The notes beneath the pieces were generated by a model. The model worked only from the letters and a program-made list of their open reading frames with translations, was not told where the DNA came from and did not search any database. A program made the translations under genes and the position numbers. From the NCBI GenBank assembly GCA_964618725.1, contig CAZUBK010000002.1, positions 209,543 to 273,542 on the forward strand: a DNA stretch of 64,000 nucleotides, read 5' to 3'. Of this stretch, positions 1-10,961 are shown in pieces (the stretch's first letter is position 1; each line of letters begins with the position of its first letter). The DNA comes from an uncultured Pseudomonadales bacterium (GTDB lineage: Bacteria; Patescibacteriota; Microgenomatia; UBA1400; Chazhemtobacteraceae).

Positions 1-52
1 TCTGAGTGGCTTAATCCCCAAGACTAGAACCTCTAACCCGATCTCTAAGATC

Positions 53-589
53 TTGAGACCGTTGTTTGAGAACAGGAACATTAATAAAATCTTGGGAACC
101 AACTTAGCTGTTTTGACGTTAGTAACGGGTGCTTCTAGCATTCCGGTCAGCGCCTTGGGAGTAATCCCGGCACAAGCTGTTTACGCCAACACGATTGAGG
201 TAGAGGTACAGACTAACAAGACTGTCGCCTATCCTCTTGAGAAACCGCTTGGTATGTCTCAGGGCTATAACGTGTTCCACCCAGGAGTGGATATTAGAGC
301 TCCTTTAGGCTCTGAGATTTATCCGATTGCTCCTGGTGAAGTAACGTTGGTGGCCGCTGGCCGTTACGGCTACGGACACTATGTGGAGGTCACCCACGCT
401 GAGAACAAAGTTTCTTTGTATGCTCACATGGGTAAGATCTTCGTCGAAGAGGGTGACACAGTTACCCCAGCGACTGCTTTAGGTGAAGTTGGATTGACCG
501 GTAGAACTACTGGTCCCCACTTACACCTTGAGATTGCTCAAAACGGAAAGAAAATCAATCCGTTAACAGTGATTTCTAAAGCTAATTAA
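53..589 (+). CDS. M23/LytM family metallo-endopeptidase, secreted
   Basis: TTG start. Motifs HPGVDI...GYGHYVEVTH...GxTGPHLHLE are typical of peptidase M23. N-terminal hydrophobic signal-like segment. Confidence 0.85.
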   Translation: MRPLFENRNINKILGTNLAVLTLVTGASSIPVSALGVIPAQAVYANTIEVEVQTNKTVAYPLEKPLGMSQGYNVFHPGVDIRAPLGSEIYPIAPGEVTLVAAGRYGYGHYVEVTHAENKVSLYAHMGKIFVEEGDTVTPATALGEVGLTGRTTGPHLHLEIAQNGKKINPLTVISKAN

Positions 590-608
590 TCCTTAAGGGA
601 TTACGAGA

Positions 609-633
609 CCCCGCCAGAAATGGCGGGGTTTTC
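609..633 (+). terminator. Rho-independent terminator downstream of M23 peptidase gene
   Basis: Hairpin ccccgcc-agaaat-ggcgggg followed by TTTT. Confidence 0.6.
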
Positions 634-780
634 GTATCTTAGGATCCCCTACTTTGGAGTTGTCCAAGATTTGTTAGAAAATTAGATTGAAATAGCAAAC
701 AAAAGTAGGATGTGGAAAAGTAAGCTTTAGTGTGGAGAACTTATTGAGGCTGGAAGATAATCCCCTATTAGACAAGGAAA

Positions 781-800
781 AACCGCCGGTTAAGGCGGTT
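781..800 (-). terminator. Rho-independent terminator for minus-strand gene 813..1280
   Basis: Hairpin aaccgcc-ggttaa-ggcggtt. On the minus strand it is followed by a T-run. Confidence 0.5.
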
Positions 801-812
801 GTAATACTAAAC

Positions 813-1280
813 TTATTGTCCGTGGAGCTTGTCATAAGATTGGCCGAAGTTAGGCTTTTTTTGCGAGCACTTCTTCTCAAGACGTTCTAAGAGGTAGGTA
901 AGATCCACGTCCGAGATCAGCTCGTCGGAGTGGAGCTGTCTTAGCTTCTTTTCGTGATCCGGTGCAGGACCTACTTCTAAGAGTTCGATCAAAAGTGCAA
1001 ATAGATTGAGGGTGCTGGATGGAAGCTGACGTCGAAAGGTGGCAACAAAGAGATCTGACGTAACAGATCGTTCTGATACTAGCTCCCAATTAAGAGCGTC
1101 AAGAATCGAAAGAACTTCTAGATAGTCTCTCTCAAACCAGATCTGCTCTTCTGATTGAGATGGATCAAAAAAGAGGGCGACTCTAACTTCGTGGGGTAAA
1201 TCAAGGAAGGTATTGTTAACTGACGATACAACATCAGGATCTGCTTCTACTGTGAGTTGAAGATATCTCCACTTTGACAT
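813..1280 (-). CDS. hypothetical protein
   Basis: 155-aa ORF with ATG start and terminator hairpin downstream. No recognisable motif. Confidence 0.4.
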   Translation of the reverse strand: MSKWRYLQLTVEADPDVVSSVNNTFLDLPHEVRVALFFDPSQSEEQIWFERDYLEVLSILDALNWELVSERSVTSDLFVATFRRQLPSSTLNLFALLIELLEVGPAPDHEKKLRQLHSDELISDVDLTYLLERLEKKCSQKKPNFGQSYDKLHGQ

Positions 1281-1338
1281 TGAGTCTCCTTGGGATTATA
1301 TGTGTGCCCTATAATTCTAACATCTGAAAGGGGTTGGG

Positions 1339-1938
1339 TCAAGCATTATCAAGCGAGGCCCAGAGGAAGCGGCAGGCAAAACTGCGATATGGGGCCCAGG
1401 GTTGTGAGATCGCTAGGATTTTGTTCTTGTCTTCACGATCGATTCCATAGATTCTACTGATGGCTGTGCGGACACCAAGGTCACCAATTGAGAAGACGTC
1501 GGAGCGCCTAAGACTAAAGATGAGAAACATCTCGGCGGACCAAGGACCAAGACCTTTTATTGAAGTCAGTGTCTTGACTATTTCTTGGTCAGACAAATCC
1601 CTTATCTTTTCGAGGTTGAGATTCCCCTCTTCAATGGAGGTGGCGATGTTTTTGACATAATTGGCTTTGGAGTTACTAAGACCAACGGTCCGTAGGTGTT
1701 CGTGTGGAATATCAAGAACCTGTTTGGAAGTAGGACTGACCTCAAAGAGATCGAGGAAACGATGGTATATGGTATTAGCAGCGTGGAGGGAGAGTTGCTG
1801 ACCAGTAACGATCGCGATCAGGTCTAAAAAGAGGTTTGTCTGTCCACCCCAGTATTCTTTTAGTTCGTGGCTTTGGATGATTGGCTTTAGACTCAGATCT
1901 TTCTTGAGATGGAGTTTGGCTTTTTCTAAGTCAGACAT
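1339..1938 (-). CDS. HhH-GPD superfamily DNA glycosylase (AlkA / 3-methyladenine DNA glycosylase II-like)
   Basis: Helix-hairpin-helix region LTSIKGLGPWSAEMFLIFSLRRSDVFSIGDLGVRTA with catalytic Asp. Length ~200 aa. Confidence 0.75.
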   Translation of the reverse strand: MSDLEKAKLHLKKDLSLKPIIQSHELKEYWGGQTNLFLDLIAIVTGQQLSLHAANTIYHRFLDLFEVSPTSKQVLDIPHEHLRTVGLSNSKANYVKNIATSIEEGNLNLEKIRDLSDQEIVKTLTSIKGLGPWSAEMFLIFSLRRSDVFSIGDLGVRTAISRIYGIDREDKNKILAISQPWAPYRSFACRFLWASLDNA

Positions 1939-2027
1939 AAAAGAGATTATATCCTACTCCAAAGAAAAGACGAAACACACCAGAGAACAAAAACAGCCAC
2001 GATTGTGGCTGTTAAATGGTAAGGGAT

Positions 2028-2924
2028 CTAGTCTGTATCCCGTTGACAGACGACGGTCATGATTAGATTGCGTAGGCGTGGAAGGATGCCTTTGAAGCTA
2101 AAAACATACAGTGTGTTGTTCTCACGGATTCCGAACATGATCCAATTTTGGTCATCGGAAAGAGATAAAGAAACCGGATCGGCTTCAAGTTTGACCTCTC
2201 CTAATGGAGTCGAGTATGTGTAGATCCCACCTGGAATTAATGTGCCAGCGAGGCTGTCTTGCAGAATGCGACACAGCTCATCTATCCTGCCCCGGAGCAC
2301 ATATATCTGATCATCATTTCTTTGCCGGGCGTGTTCAAGGATCTCTCGATCTAAATAGAGATTCTCCTCAACACTTGAGTTTTCAGATAGTTCATCAAAA
2401 CCAGACTTTGGTTCTGGATAGATGGTTAGAGTTACATTACGTTCGAGAAGTTGTCCAAAGGGATTATCTGTGTCCTGGACACGATCATGCCAGGACTCGA
2501 TGGTAACCCAAACAAGAAAACGGACACTGTCGGCAATGTTGTCTGAATACCAATCCCCCTTCTTCGTCTTCCATAAAATTGACCAAACAAAAGTTGGAGA
2601 GGAGCCAGGAGATAGGTAGATCGGCCATTCCAGATGTCGAATTACTCGATCTCTTGGGTCAATGGCAAATAGATGTTCTCCCTTGCGTTTTACCTGGCCG
2701 GAACGATTTTCGGCGAGACTAAACATGAAGCCCTTGTCACCATAGATTCCGATATTGTCGGCACGACGGTACATTAGATCACCGTCGGCCTCTTCCACCT
2801 TGATTATAAGAGTGTCTTTATATTCACCAGACGGTGTTAACTTGGGTTCCATTGGAGTATTGAGGATGGTTGTAACGAAGGGATACTGATTGATCAATGA
2901 TTGGTTACTAGACGAATCTGTCAT
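2028..2924 (-). CDS. hypothetical protein
   Basis: 298-aa ORF. No recognisable motif. Confidence 0.45.
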   Translation of the reverse strand: MTDSSSNQSLINQYPFVTTILNTPMEPKLTPSGEYKDTLIIKVEEADGDLMYRRADNIGIYGDKGFMFSLAENRSGQVKRKGEHLFAIDPRDRVIRHLEWPIYLSPGSSPTFVWSILWKTKKGDWYSDNIADSVRFLVWVTIESWHDRVQDTDNPFGQLLERNVTLTIYPEPKSGFDELSENSSVEENLYLDREILEHARQRNDDQIYVLRGRIDELCRILQDSLAGTLIPGGIYTYSTPLGEVKLEADPVSLSLSDDQNWIMFGIRENNTLYVFSFKGILPRLRNLIMTVVCQRDTD

Positions 2925-3074
2925 TTTTCTCCTCGAGTGTTAAAGATCTTATATTTCGACGTTGTGTCTCTTAGTATTATATACCCAAGTAATTTGAGTT
3001 TGCATCCTGATATGTTGGGTATATACTCAAATTTTTTTGGGTGCAAATTAGAGTTATTTGGGTATAAGACTTGT

Positions 3075-4121
3075 CTATTTGTAAATCAAGCTTCCATTGA
3101 AGTAGGTACGACGAATGTTGAGGGCAAAACCCCAATACCAAGGAATAAGAATTATCTTTCCTTTTTGTTGTTTCACCCAGATCCAACAGATATTACTAGG
3201 CTTACTTGGCCCGTCAACACGAGCGCCGAGGGAAGAAAAGGTCTGGGCAATACCATCCTCTAGACCAGTAGAACAGGAAGCTAAAGAGATACTTGGTTCT
3301 TCGACAAAGAATTTACCAATGGTCTTGAAACCAGGGCGTTTAATGTCACGAACGCGAAGTTGACGCCAAATTGGCTTGCCGGATGAGTTCTTGATGAGAC
3401 TTAGATAAATGGCATCCTTAGAGGCATGGCCTTCTACTACGGCAGCAGAGATGGGTCCATAGAGATTATGGAGTGTGTTGAGATGTTTGACAGCCTCACC
3501 GAAGGTTTCAGACTCGATGACTTTGATAGTGAAACGGTTTCTTGATTGAAGCCAGAGACTTAGACCGGCAAAATGGCCAAACCAGTAAGCGGCGCCATTA
3601 TGGTCACTACGTTGAAGCGACATAAGAAGAACGACGGGAAGTGTCCCCTTCTTTTCGTGATGGCATTGATTTAAGAGAATGGGGAGTGGATAGCGAGCAA
3701 AGATATTGATGCCAAAGTTGTTGGCAAGATATTTGGCGTTTCCCGGATTAGCTTCCTCGAGATGGCGAAGCCAGAGGAGGTTAGCATAGGTAGAAAGACG
3801 CCAGAAGCGAGGGTAGTGGTAAAAGCTATCAAACCAGGAGCGAAGGAGAAAGCGGCCATCGAGTCCGGGGTAACGATCATTGATATATTCACCGAAAGCA
3901 TGAGAAACGGCAACCTTGACGGGAGTGGTGCCATTTTTAATGAGATAGGTCAGTTCTTTGGCGAGTTGCCAGTCATTTAAAGTTGGCCACAGGGCAAGAG
4001 CTTTTTTTGAGTCGAAGACGGTAATACTAGGAGTAGGCAGTGTGCCGCGGAACCGAGAATGAAGCTTGTCTTTGTTTGTCTTGGCAAATTGAGAAAAAGA
4101 TGTGATCGTTTTGGTAACCAT
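3075..4121 (-). CDS. hypothetical protein
   Basis: 348-aa ORF, W/Y-rich. No recognisable motif. Confidence 0.45.
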   Translation of the reverse strand: MVTKTITSFSQFAKTNKDKLHSRFRGTLPTPSITVFDSKKALALWPTLNDWQLAKELTYLIKNGTTPVKVAVSHAFGEYINDRYPGLDGRFLLRSWFDSFYHYPRFWRLSTYANLLWLRHLEEANPGNAKYLANNFGINIFARYPLPILLNQCHHEKKGTLPVVLLMSLQRSDHNGAAYWFGHFAGLSLWLQSRNRFTIKVIESETFGEAVKHLNTLHNLYGPISAAVVEGHASKDAIYLSLIKNSSGKPIWRQLRVRDIKRPGFKTIGKFFVEEPSISLASCSTGLEDGIAQTFSSLGARVDGPSKPSNICWIWVKQQKGKIILIPWYWGFALNIRRTYFNGSLIYK

Positions 4122-4173
4122 GATACCTCACTTATGTTAAAGAACGTGTGGTTGGGATTATATATCAAGAGAA

Positions 4174-4191
4174 ACCGCCCGTGAGGGCGGT
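4174..4191 (-). terminator. Rho-independent terminator
   Basis: Hairpin accgccc-gtga-gggcggt. T-rich on the minus strand after the hairpin. Same hairpin family as 4631..4650. Confidence 0.5.
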
Positions 4192-4196
4192 GTAGA

Positions 4197-4586
4197 TTAG
4201 ATGAGCTTACTAATTAACTCGTCGGGGGTAGTGGCACTTTGTTTGAGGAGAACTCGACGAGCACGGTCAGGGTCATTGAGAGAATAAGAATAGATGGGTT
4301 TGCCTAAAGCGACGGCAAAACCTAGTTCAAGAGTGGTGCTAGTACCGATATAGTCATTCTGGTTGTAGATATAGACAATGTCGGCGAGGCGGATCTTATA
4401 GAAGTGATCATGAGTGAGACCAAGGAGAACGAAGTTCTTGTAGTAATCGCTCATATGAGACCACTCTTCCCCACCGGAGTGAAGATATGGCTCGTAGACA
4501 ACAATTCCTTTATCTTTCAACTCATTGGCAAAGGCACGGATTTGCTCTGTAAAGCGACGACTGCCACAGATGACGACAGATTTCAT
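4197..4586 (-). CDS. small Rossmann-like protein, possibly nucleoside 2-deoxyribosyltransferase-like
   Basis: Start at internal ATG (MKSVVICGSRRF...) preceded by a GGGAG RBS. The longer ORF would overlap groEL. Functional call is tentative. Confidence 0.45.
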   Translation of the reverse strand: MKSVVICGSRRFTEQIRAFANELKDKGIVVYEPYLHSGGEEWSHMSDYYKNFVLLGLTHDHFYKIRLADIVYIYNQNDYIGTSTTLELGFAVALGKPIYSYSLNDPDRARRVLLKQSATTPDELISKLI

Positions 4587-4630
4587 AAGACTCCCTTTCA
4601 AGGTGCGTGATGGAAAGATTGTACAAGAAA

Positions 4631-4650
4631 ACCGCCCTGTGAGGGGCGGT
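4631..4650 (-). terminator. Rho-independent terminator of groEL
   Basis: Hairpin accgccc-tgtgag-gggcggt followed by a T-run on the minus strand, immediately after the groEL stop. Confidence 0.55.
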
Positions 4651-4672
4651 GCTTCTGTATAGGCGAGGTTTT

Positions 4673-6337
<1,665 letters not shown>

Positions 6338-6372
6338 TTAACATCCCTCGCTTGCTCGAGATGACCTGAAGG

Positions 6373-6771
6373 TCATTTCACGATGGCGAGGATATCATCA
6401 AACTTGAGGAATTGGTATTCCGTGTCCCCAATCTTGACTTCGTTACCGCCCCATTTCTTGTAGATGACTCGTTGACCCATCTTAGCGGGGGCAGTGATCT
6501 CCTTACCGTCCTGATAGATGGCATCCCCTATCGCCAAGACGGTGCCATATTGGGGCTTGTCGTCGTGAGAGTCGGGAAGGTAAATACCAGAAACGGTTTG
6601 TTTTTGAGACTCGGCGGGTTCTACGAGTAGATAGCCGGGGGTGGGTTGAAGATTGGTAACACTAAGCTCAGTGGATTTCACATTATTTTTGGTTTTGTTT
6701 GTGTTCAACCCCATTTCACGGGATTTCACATTATTTTTGGTTTTGTTTGTGTTCAACATATTTTTTGACAA
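6373..6771 (-). CDS. groES: co-chaperonin GroES (Cpn10) with N-terminal extension
   Basis: Core LQPTPGYLLVEP...GIYLPDS...AIGDA...KFDDILAIV matches Cpn10. Lies upstream of groEL. Alternative starts: TTG 6771, ATG 6759, ATG 6714. Confidence 0.85.
   Translation of the reverse strand: MSKNMLNTNKTKNNVKSREMGLNTNKTKNNVKSTELSVTNLQPTPGYLLVEPAESQKQTVSGIYLPDSHDDKPQYGTVLAIGDAIYQDGKEITAPAKMGQRVIYKKWGGNEVKIGDTEYQFLKFDDILAIVK
6673..6757. repeat. 48-bp period tandem duplication (2 copies) at 5' end of groES
   Basis: ggatttcacattatttttggttttgtttgtgttcaac occurs at 6673-6709 and again at 6721-6757. In frame, giving the duplicated peptide LNTNKTKNNVKS. Confidence 0.8.
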
Positions 6772-6894
6772 AAAAGTAATTTGTAATTAATTTACAGACA
6801 GATTTTGGGTGGGACAGGAATAGTTTAGCAGTTCTGGCAAGAGAATGCTACGACTGCTATTTTGTAGAAAAAGTTTTCTGGTGTCAAGAGGGAC

Positions 6895-7605
6895 TTAGTC
6901 GAGATTGGGCTTGCGTTTTTTGTCCAGACAGTCAGATTGGAGATTGGAGTTACACGGAGATGATGTGGGGACGACTTGGTCTGGGGACTTGGAAGCTGGT
7001 TGGGTAAGATGAATCCAGTCAACTCGAGCACTGCCTTTGTCTGAGGGGCCAGAGAGGTACAAAGTAAGACCAGTGAGTTTCTTCTCAATCAAACTATCTG
7101 GGAGGGTGACTTCGTAATCGGAAAACTGGTTATTCATCGTGCCCTGAAAAGAAAGGAGAGCCTGGGGTTCCCTTTGACCTTCGTAGCGGACCTCAAAGCT
7201 ACCCGTGAAGGGGAGAAAGTTAGGGGTGCTGGTAGGGCGAGGATTATTAATATCAAAGACTGGTTCGTTGACGGAAAGGTAGATTTTAATTTTGGTATCT
7301 TTTTTGATAGTTAAGAAAGCCTTGGTGTTGTAAGTGAGGGGGAGATATTGATTGGTTAGAAGCAAATATCCTCTACTAACAGGTGGTTTAAGTGGAGAAG
7401 AAGGATCATTGCCACCAAGCCAGCCTTCAGAATTAGAACCATTAAACTCCCAGGCACGGACGGTGGCCTCATTTGTTGTACCAGCTTTGCTGCGGAGTTC
7501 AAAGAGATCAACTCCAGAACTGGTGAGGATGACAGTAATAGACAAAATAAAAAGAAGAGCGACTATTAGGGAGAGGGTGGACTTGGTTATGTTTTTAGTA
7601 CTCAT
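6895..7605 (-). CDS. secreted/membrane-anchored hypothetical protein
   Basis: N-terminal hydrophobic segment LSLIVALLFILSITVILT. 236 aa. Confidence 0.5.
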   Translation of the reverse strand: MSTKNITKSTLSLIVALLFILSITVILTSSGVDLFELRSKAGTTNEATVRAWEFNGSNSEGWLGGNDPSSPLKPPVSRGYLLLTNQYLPLTYNTKAFLTIKKDTKIKIYLSVNEPVFDINNPRPTSTPNFLPFTGSFEVRYEGQREPQALLSFQGTMNNQFSDYEVTLPDSLIEKKLTGLTLYLSGPSDKGSARVDWIHLTQPASKSPDQVVPTSSPCNSNLQSDCLDKKRKPNLD

Positions 7606-7685
7606 GGATTGAGAATAGCATAAAAAAGAAAGTGGGGGTCAAGTACCAATTTGTGGAGGGAAGCGGACCAAACGGATCCGCCTTT

Positions 7686-10600
7686 TTATTCTTCATTTTC
7701 GATTTCGTAGTCTAGGACAGAACTGGCCTTAGGAGGAAGTGGTTTAGGTGGAGGGGCGGTGTGTGGGGACGAGCCATTAAGAAGATTGGCTTGCTTCAAT
7801 TGTTCGAGGGCATTAAGAGTAATCCTCAATTTGCCGCCGGTAGTGCCTGACTTAAGTGTCTTGACTGCTTGGTCAAAGTTAAACCATAAAAGGTCATCGT
7901 ATTCGGGGGTGGGAGCTTGAAGCTTCGCGGGGTCACAAGGAGTGGTGAGGAAGTAGTAGTGTTTGCCCTTCATTGTTAGTTTTTCACCGGAATCGGTAGC
8001 CAGCTGATCTCCTCCTTGTTTGTCGGGTGGAAACTCAATCTTGTCTTGGCTGATAAGGGTAAGAGTGGGGGTAAAAGAGTCTAAGAAAGCGGCACTGAGT
8101 TCCTGCGACATCTTTTGGGTAAAGGCGCTTGGAAGAGTATGCTTATTCTCTACTCCGCCTTGGGGTAGTTGCCAGAGGTTGTGTTTCTTGTGGTGGACGA
8201 GGAGAATTTGTTGGTTGTGAAGGAAACAACCGACAACGGTGGGGCGAAAACCGGTGAGCCGAATCGAGTCGAGATCAGAAAGAGTGGGTAGACTCTGAAA
8301 AGATCGCTTGACAGGAGAGGCTGTTGGCTGAGAAGGATGAGAAACTGGCAGGGGGGGCAGTTTGGGAAGTGGAGGGTGGATGGAAGGTTGAGAAGCTGAT
8401 GGAGTTTTTGTTTGCGGCGCTTCCTCGACTTTCATAGTGAGATTAATGCGGTTCTCGGCGTCGATCTCCATGACTTTGACTTTGACTTCTTCGCCCTCTT
8501 TGAGGACTTCAGTGGGATTCTTGACAAACTTTTTACCCATTTGAGAAACGTGGACTAGGCCCTCAAGGCCGGGAATTATCTCGACAAAGGCACCGTAATC
8601 TTTGAGACTAGTAACTTTGCCGGCATAGATGTCGCCGGCTTTGATTTGAGTGATTAATTCTGCCTTTTTGGCTTCGCGGTCAACTTTGCTTATGGGAAGC
8701 GGTTTCGGCGGAGCAGGAGGAATGAGTTCGCGAAGGCTTTGAACGTGAATGTCGCCTTTTTGACGAGTGAATTGTAAACGAGAACGGTCAATAACTTTTT
8801 GACGATTGTTGGTGCGTAATTCTGGCTCTGGAGGGATGGTATAAGCCGGGAAAGGGCTACTAATGCGGTTCTCGATGGCGACTTTGTTAATGATCTGGTG
8901 TTTGCCTAAGTTGACTAAGTCGTCCTGGGTATATAGTGCCCCATACTCCCCGATGAGACGAGTGGCATCATCAGCACCGACGACAAAGCTAACGATGGTA
9001 CCGACATTACCAAAGACGGCTTTCTGAATCGGTTCTTCGAGTTGAGCAGTATATTGGTTGGCAAGAACCAGACCGAGACGATATTTTCTGGCTTCGGAGA
9101 GGATCTTGATGAAGGAAGTAGTGGCAAAATTCTGGAACTCATCGACATAGAGAAAGAAGTCGATGCGCTGCTCTTCGGGAACATTGATACGGTTCATGGC
9201 GGCAAGTTGGAACTGGGTAATGAACATGGCACCAAGGAGAGCGGCATTCTCTTCCCCCACTTTACCCTGAGAGAGGTTGACGAGGACGATCTTTTTGGTG
9301 TTCATGAGCTCCTCGATGTTGACGGTGGACTTGGGGTAGCCGACGATAGAGCGGATTTTAGGACTGGCGATGAACTGGCCGACTTTGTTCAAGATCGGGG
9401 CAATGGCTTCGTTTCTGAATTTGTCGTTGTAGGCGTTATATTCAGTGTTCCAGAAGTCGTGAATGACACGGTTCTCTTCTTGATCGACTTTTTCCAAGAT
9501 GGCGGCACGGAAGGCGTCGTCGGTAAGAAGGCGAGGCAAGTCAAGGAAGGTACTGCCGGGGACTTCTACCAGAGTGGCAAGGGTGTTTCGTAGAATGTAC
9601 TCCATACGAGCTGACCAGACGTTGGCCCAGAGTTTGGTAAAGATGCTCATAATGTTACTAACAGTGAGATCCTTGTATTCTGGTTTTAGAACCTCAAGAG
9701 GATTGATGTGAAAGGGGTGATCGGTAATGGAAGGATCCAGGTAGACAACGTCTTGTATGCGATGATCGGGGATGTAATCGAGAAGAATACCTTCGACAAG
9801 GTCACCGTGGGGATCAATGACGGCTAACCCCTGACCTTTATAAATGTCATCGATAGCCATTTTAGCGATGAGAGTAGACTTACCAGTACCAGACTTCCCA
9901 ATGGAGTAAAAGTGGCGGCGACGGTCACCGAGTTTAAGGCCGTAGACCATCATTCTGTTTTTATACTCTGTCTTGGCATAGAAAGTGATCTCTTCCCGCT
10001 CGGCTTGAGTCAAATTATCATCAACGGGAAGATTGTCGGGCGGCTCCCCTTTCATGGTTTTACCCCAAGTAAGGTTACGAAGACCAGTATTTAGTTCGCC
10101 GGGGAAATGGTAGAGACTGGCGAGTTCTTGAATGTTGAGGTATTGGTTACGGGGAAGAAACAGGGGGGAACGATCAATCATCGACTGGACGAAGAGGGCT
10201 TTGTTTCTGACTTTAGTGAATTTAAGAGCATTACTGTCGGCTTGAGCGTAGGCGCCGAAAGAACTGGCTATCTGGAGAAGGATGTCTTCGGCGTGATTAG
10301 GAGTTTTGGCAATGCCAAGGAGGCGAATAGATACATGAAAGGCCTTGTTTTTAAGTTTCTCTTCAATGACGGCTTGTTGAGGATGAGCCTTAAAGACGGT
10401 TGGATCGAGACTGACTCCGCGTTTGATGACATTGCGGCCAATCCGACTCCAGTTGTTTGGCGCTTTGGTAAGGAGAATCTGGATAATAGCGGCGGTACCA
10501 TAGGGAAGACGACCCATGACGCCTAAATACCCTGAAATAGGGTCAGTGGTGGCAAACTTATCATATGTTTTGAGAGGGAAATAGTGAGGTGAGGCAAGAG

Positions 10601-10919
10601 ACATCTGACCGACGGCTTGATAACCAAACTGACCCCAGGGGCGAAGGTAGTCTTCCATTTCAGTAATAATAGCGGTGGGATATTGGGCAGCAACTTGGCT
10701 TTTAACGAGAGGGGCAATGGCAGTATCACAGGTGACGACAAAATAGACGAGTTGATTGAGGCTAGTGAGCTCGAGGGTAATAGTAGATTGCTTCTTGAGA
10801 AGGTTTTGAATCAGGCTACCTTTTAGAACATTGCTGATGCTGGCCAAAAAGGCAGCCGTGGCTTCTGGTGTTTGTTTACTGTCTTTAGCCGAACGGATCT
10901 CGAGGATAGTACGGGTCAT
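7686..10919 (-). CDS. multidomain P-loop ATPase (TraG/VirD4-coupling-protein / HerA-FtsK-like) fused to S1 RNA-binding domain and Nudix-like C-terminal region
   Basis: Walker A GKSGTGKST, Walker B FFLYVDEFQ, ARKYRLGLVLANQ motif. S1-like GDIYAGKVTSLKDYGAFVEI...GLVHVSQM. C-terminal LPQGGVE Nudix-like signature. Confidence 0.7.
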   Translation of the reverse strand: MTRTILEIRSAKDSKQTPEATAAFLASISNVLKGSLIQNLLKKQSTITLELTSLNQLVYFVVTCDTAIAPLVKSQVAAQYPTAIITEMEDYLRPWGQFGYQAVGQMSLASPHYFPLKTYDKFATTDPISGYLGVMGRLPYGTAAIIQILLTKAPNNWSRIGRNVIKRGVSLDPTVFKAHPQQAVIEEKLKNKAFHVSIRLLGIAKTPNHAEDILLQIASSFGAYAQADSNALKFTKVRNKALFVQSMIDRSPLFLPRNQYLNIQELASLYHFPGELNTGLRNLTWGKTMKGEPPDNLPVDDNLTQAEREEITFYAKTEYKNRMMVYGLKLGDRRRHFYSIGKSGTGKSTLIAKMAIDDIYKGQGLAVIDPHGDLVEGILLDYIPDHRIQDVVYLDPSITDHPFHINPLEVLKPEYKDLTVSNIMSIFTKLWANVWSARMEYILRNTLATLVEVPGSTFLDLPRLLTDDAFRAAILEKVDQEENRVIHDFWNTEYNAYNDKFRNEAIAPILNKVGQFIASPKIRSIVGYPKSTVNIEELMNTKKIVLVNLSQGKVGEENAALLGAMFITQFQLAAMNRINVPEEQRIDFFLYVDEFQNFATTSFIKILSEARKYRLGLVLANQYTAQLEEPIQKAVFGNVGTIVSFVVGADDATRLIGEYGALYTQDDLVNLGKHQIINKVAIENRISSPFPAYTIPPEPELRTNNRQKVIDRSRLQFTRQKGDIHVQSLRELIPPAPPKPLPISKVDREAKKAELITQIKAGDIYAGKVTSLKDYGAFVEIIPGLEGLVHVSQMGKKFVKNPTEVLKEGEEVKVKVMEIDAENRINLTMKVEEAPQTKTPSASQPSIHPPLPKLPPLPVSHPSQPTASPVKRSFQSLPTLSDLDSIRLTGFRPTVVGCFLHNQQILLVHHKKHNLWQLPQGGVENKHTLPSAFTQKMSQELSAAFLDSFTPTLTLISQDKIEFPPDKQGGDQLATDSGEKLTMKGKHYYFLTTPCDPAKLQAPTPEYDDLLWFNFDQAVKTLKSGTTGGKLRITLNALEQLKQANLLNGSSPHTAPPPKPLPPKASSVLDYEIENEE

Positions 10920-10961
10920 GAATTGATTGTAAACGATTGGCTGGTGGGATCTCCAATGAGA

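Noticed and set aside
6673-6757. 48-bp groES repeats and 39-bp tRNA-Ser repeats (61836-61913) as a CRISPR array
   Set aside because: Only two copies each, no spacer-repeat alternation, no cas genes. They lie inside a gene and a tRNA flank respectively.
6826-6866. Possible CIRCE/HrcA operator upstream of groES
   Set aside because: Only a weak inverted repeat (tagcagt-N23-actgcta) is present. It does not match the TTAGCACTC-N9-GAGTGCTAA consensus or its 9-nt spacing.
7661-7690. Hairpin gcgga-ccaaacgga-tccgc with T-run as a terminator
   Set aside because: The T-run is on the plus strand where no upstream plus gene exists. On the minus strand the hairpin is not followed by a T-tract, so the function is ambiguous and it was not listed as a feature.
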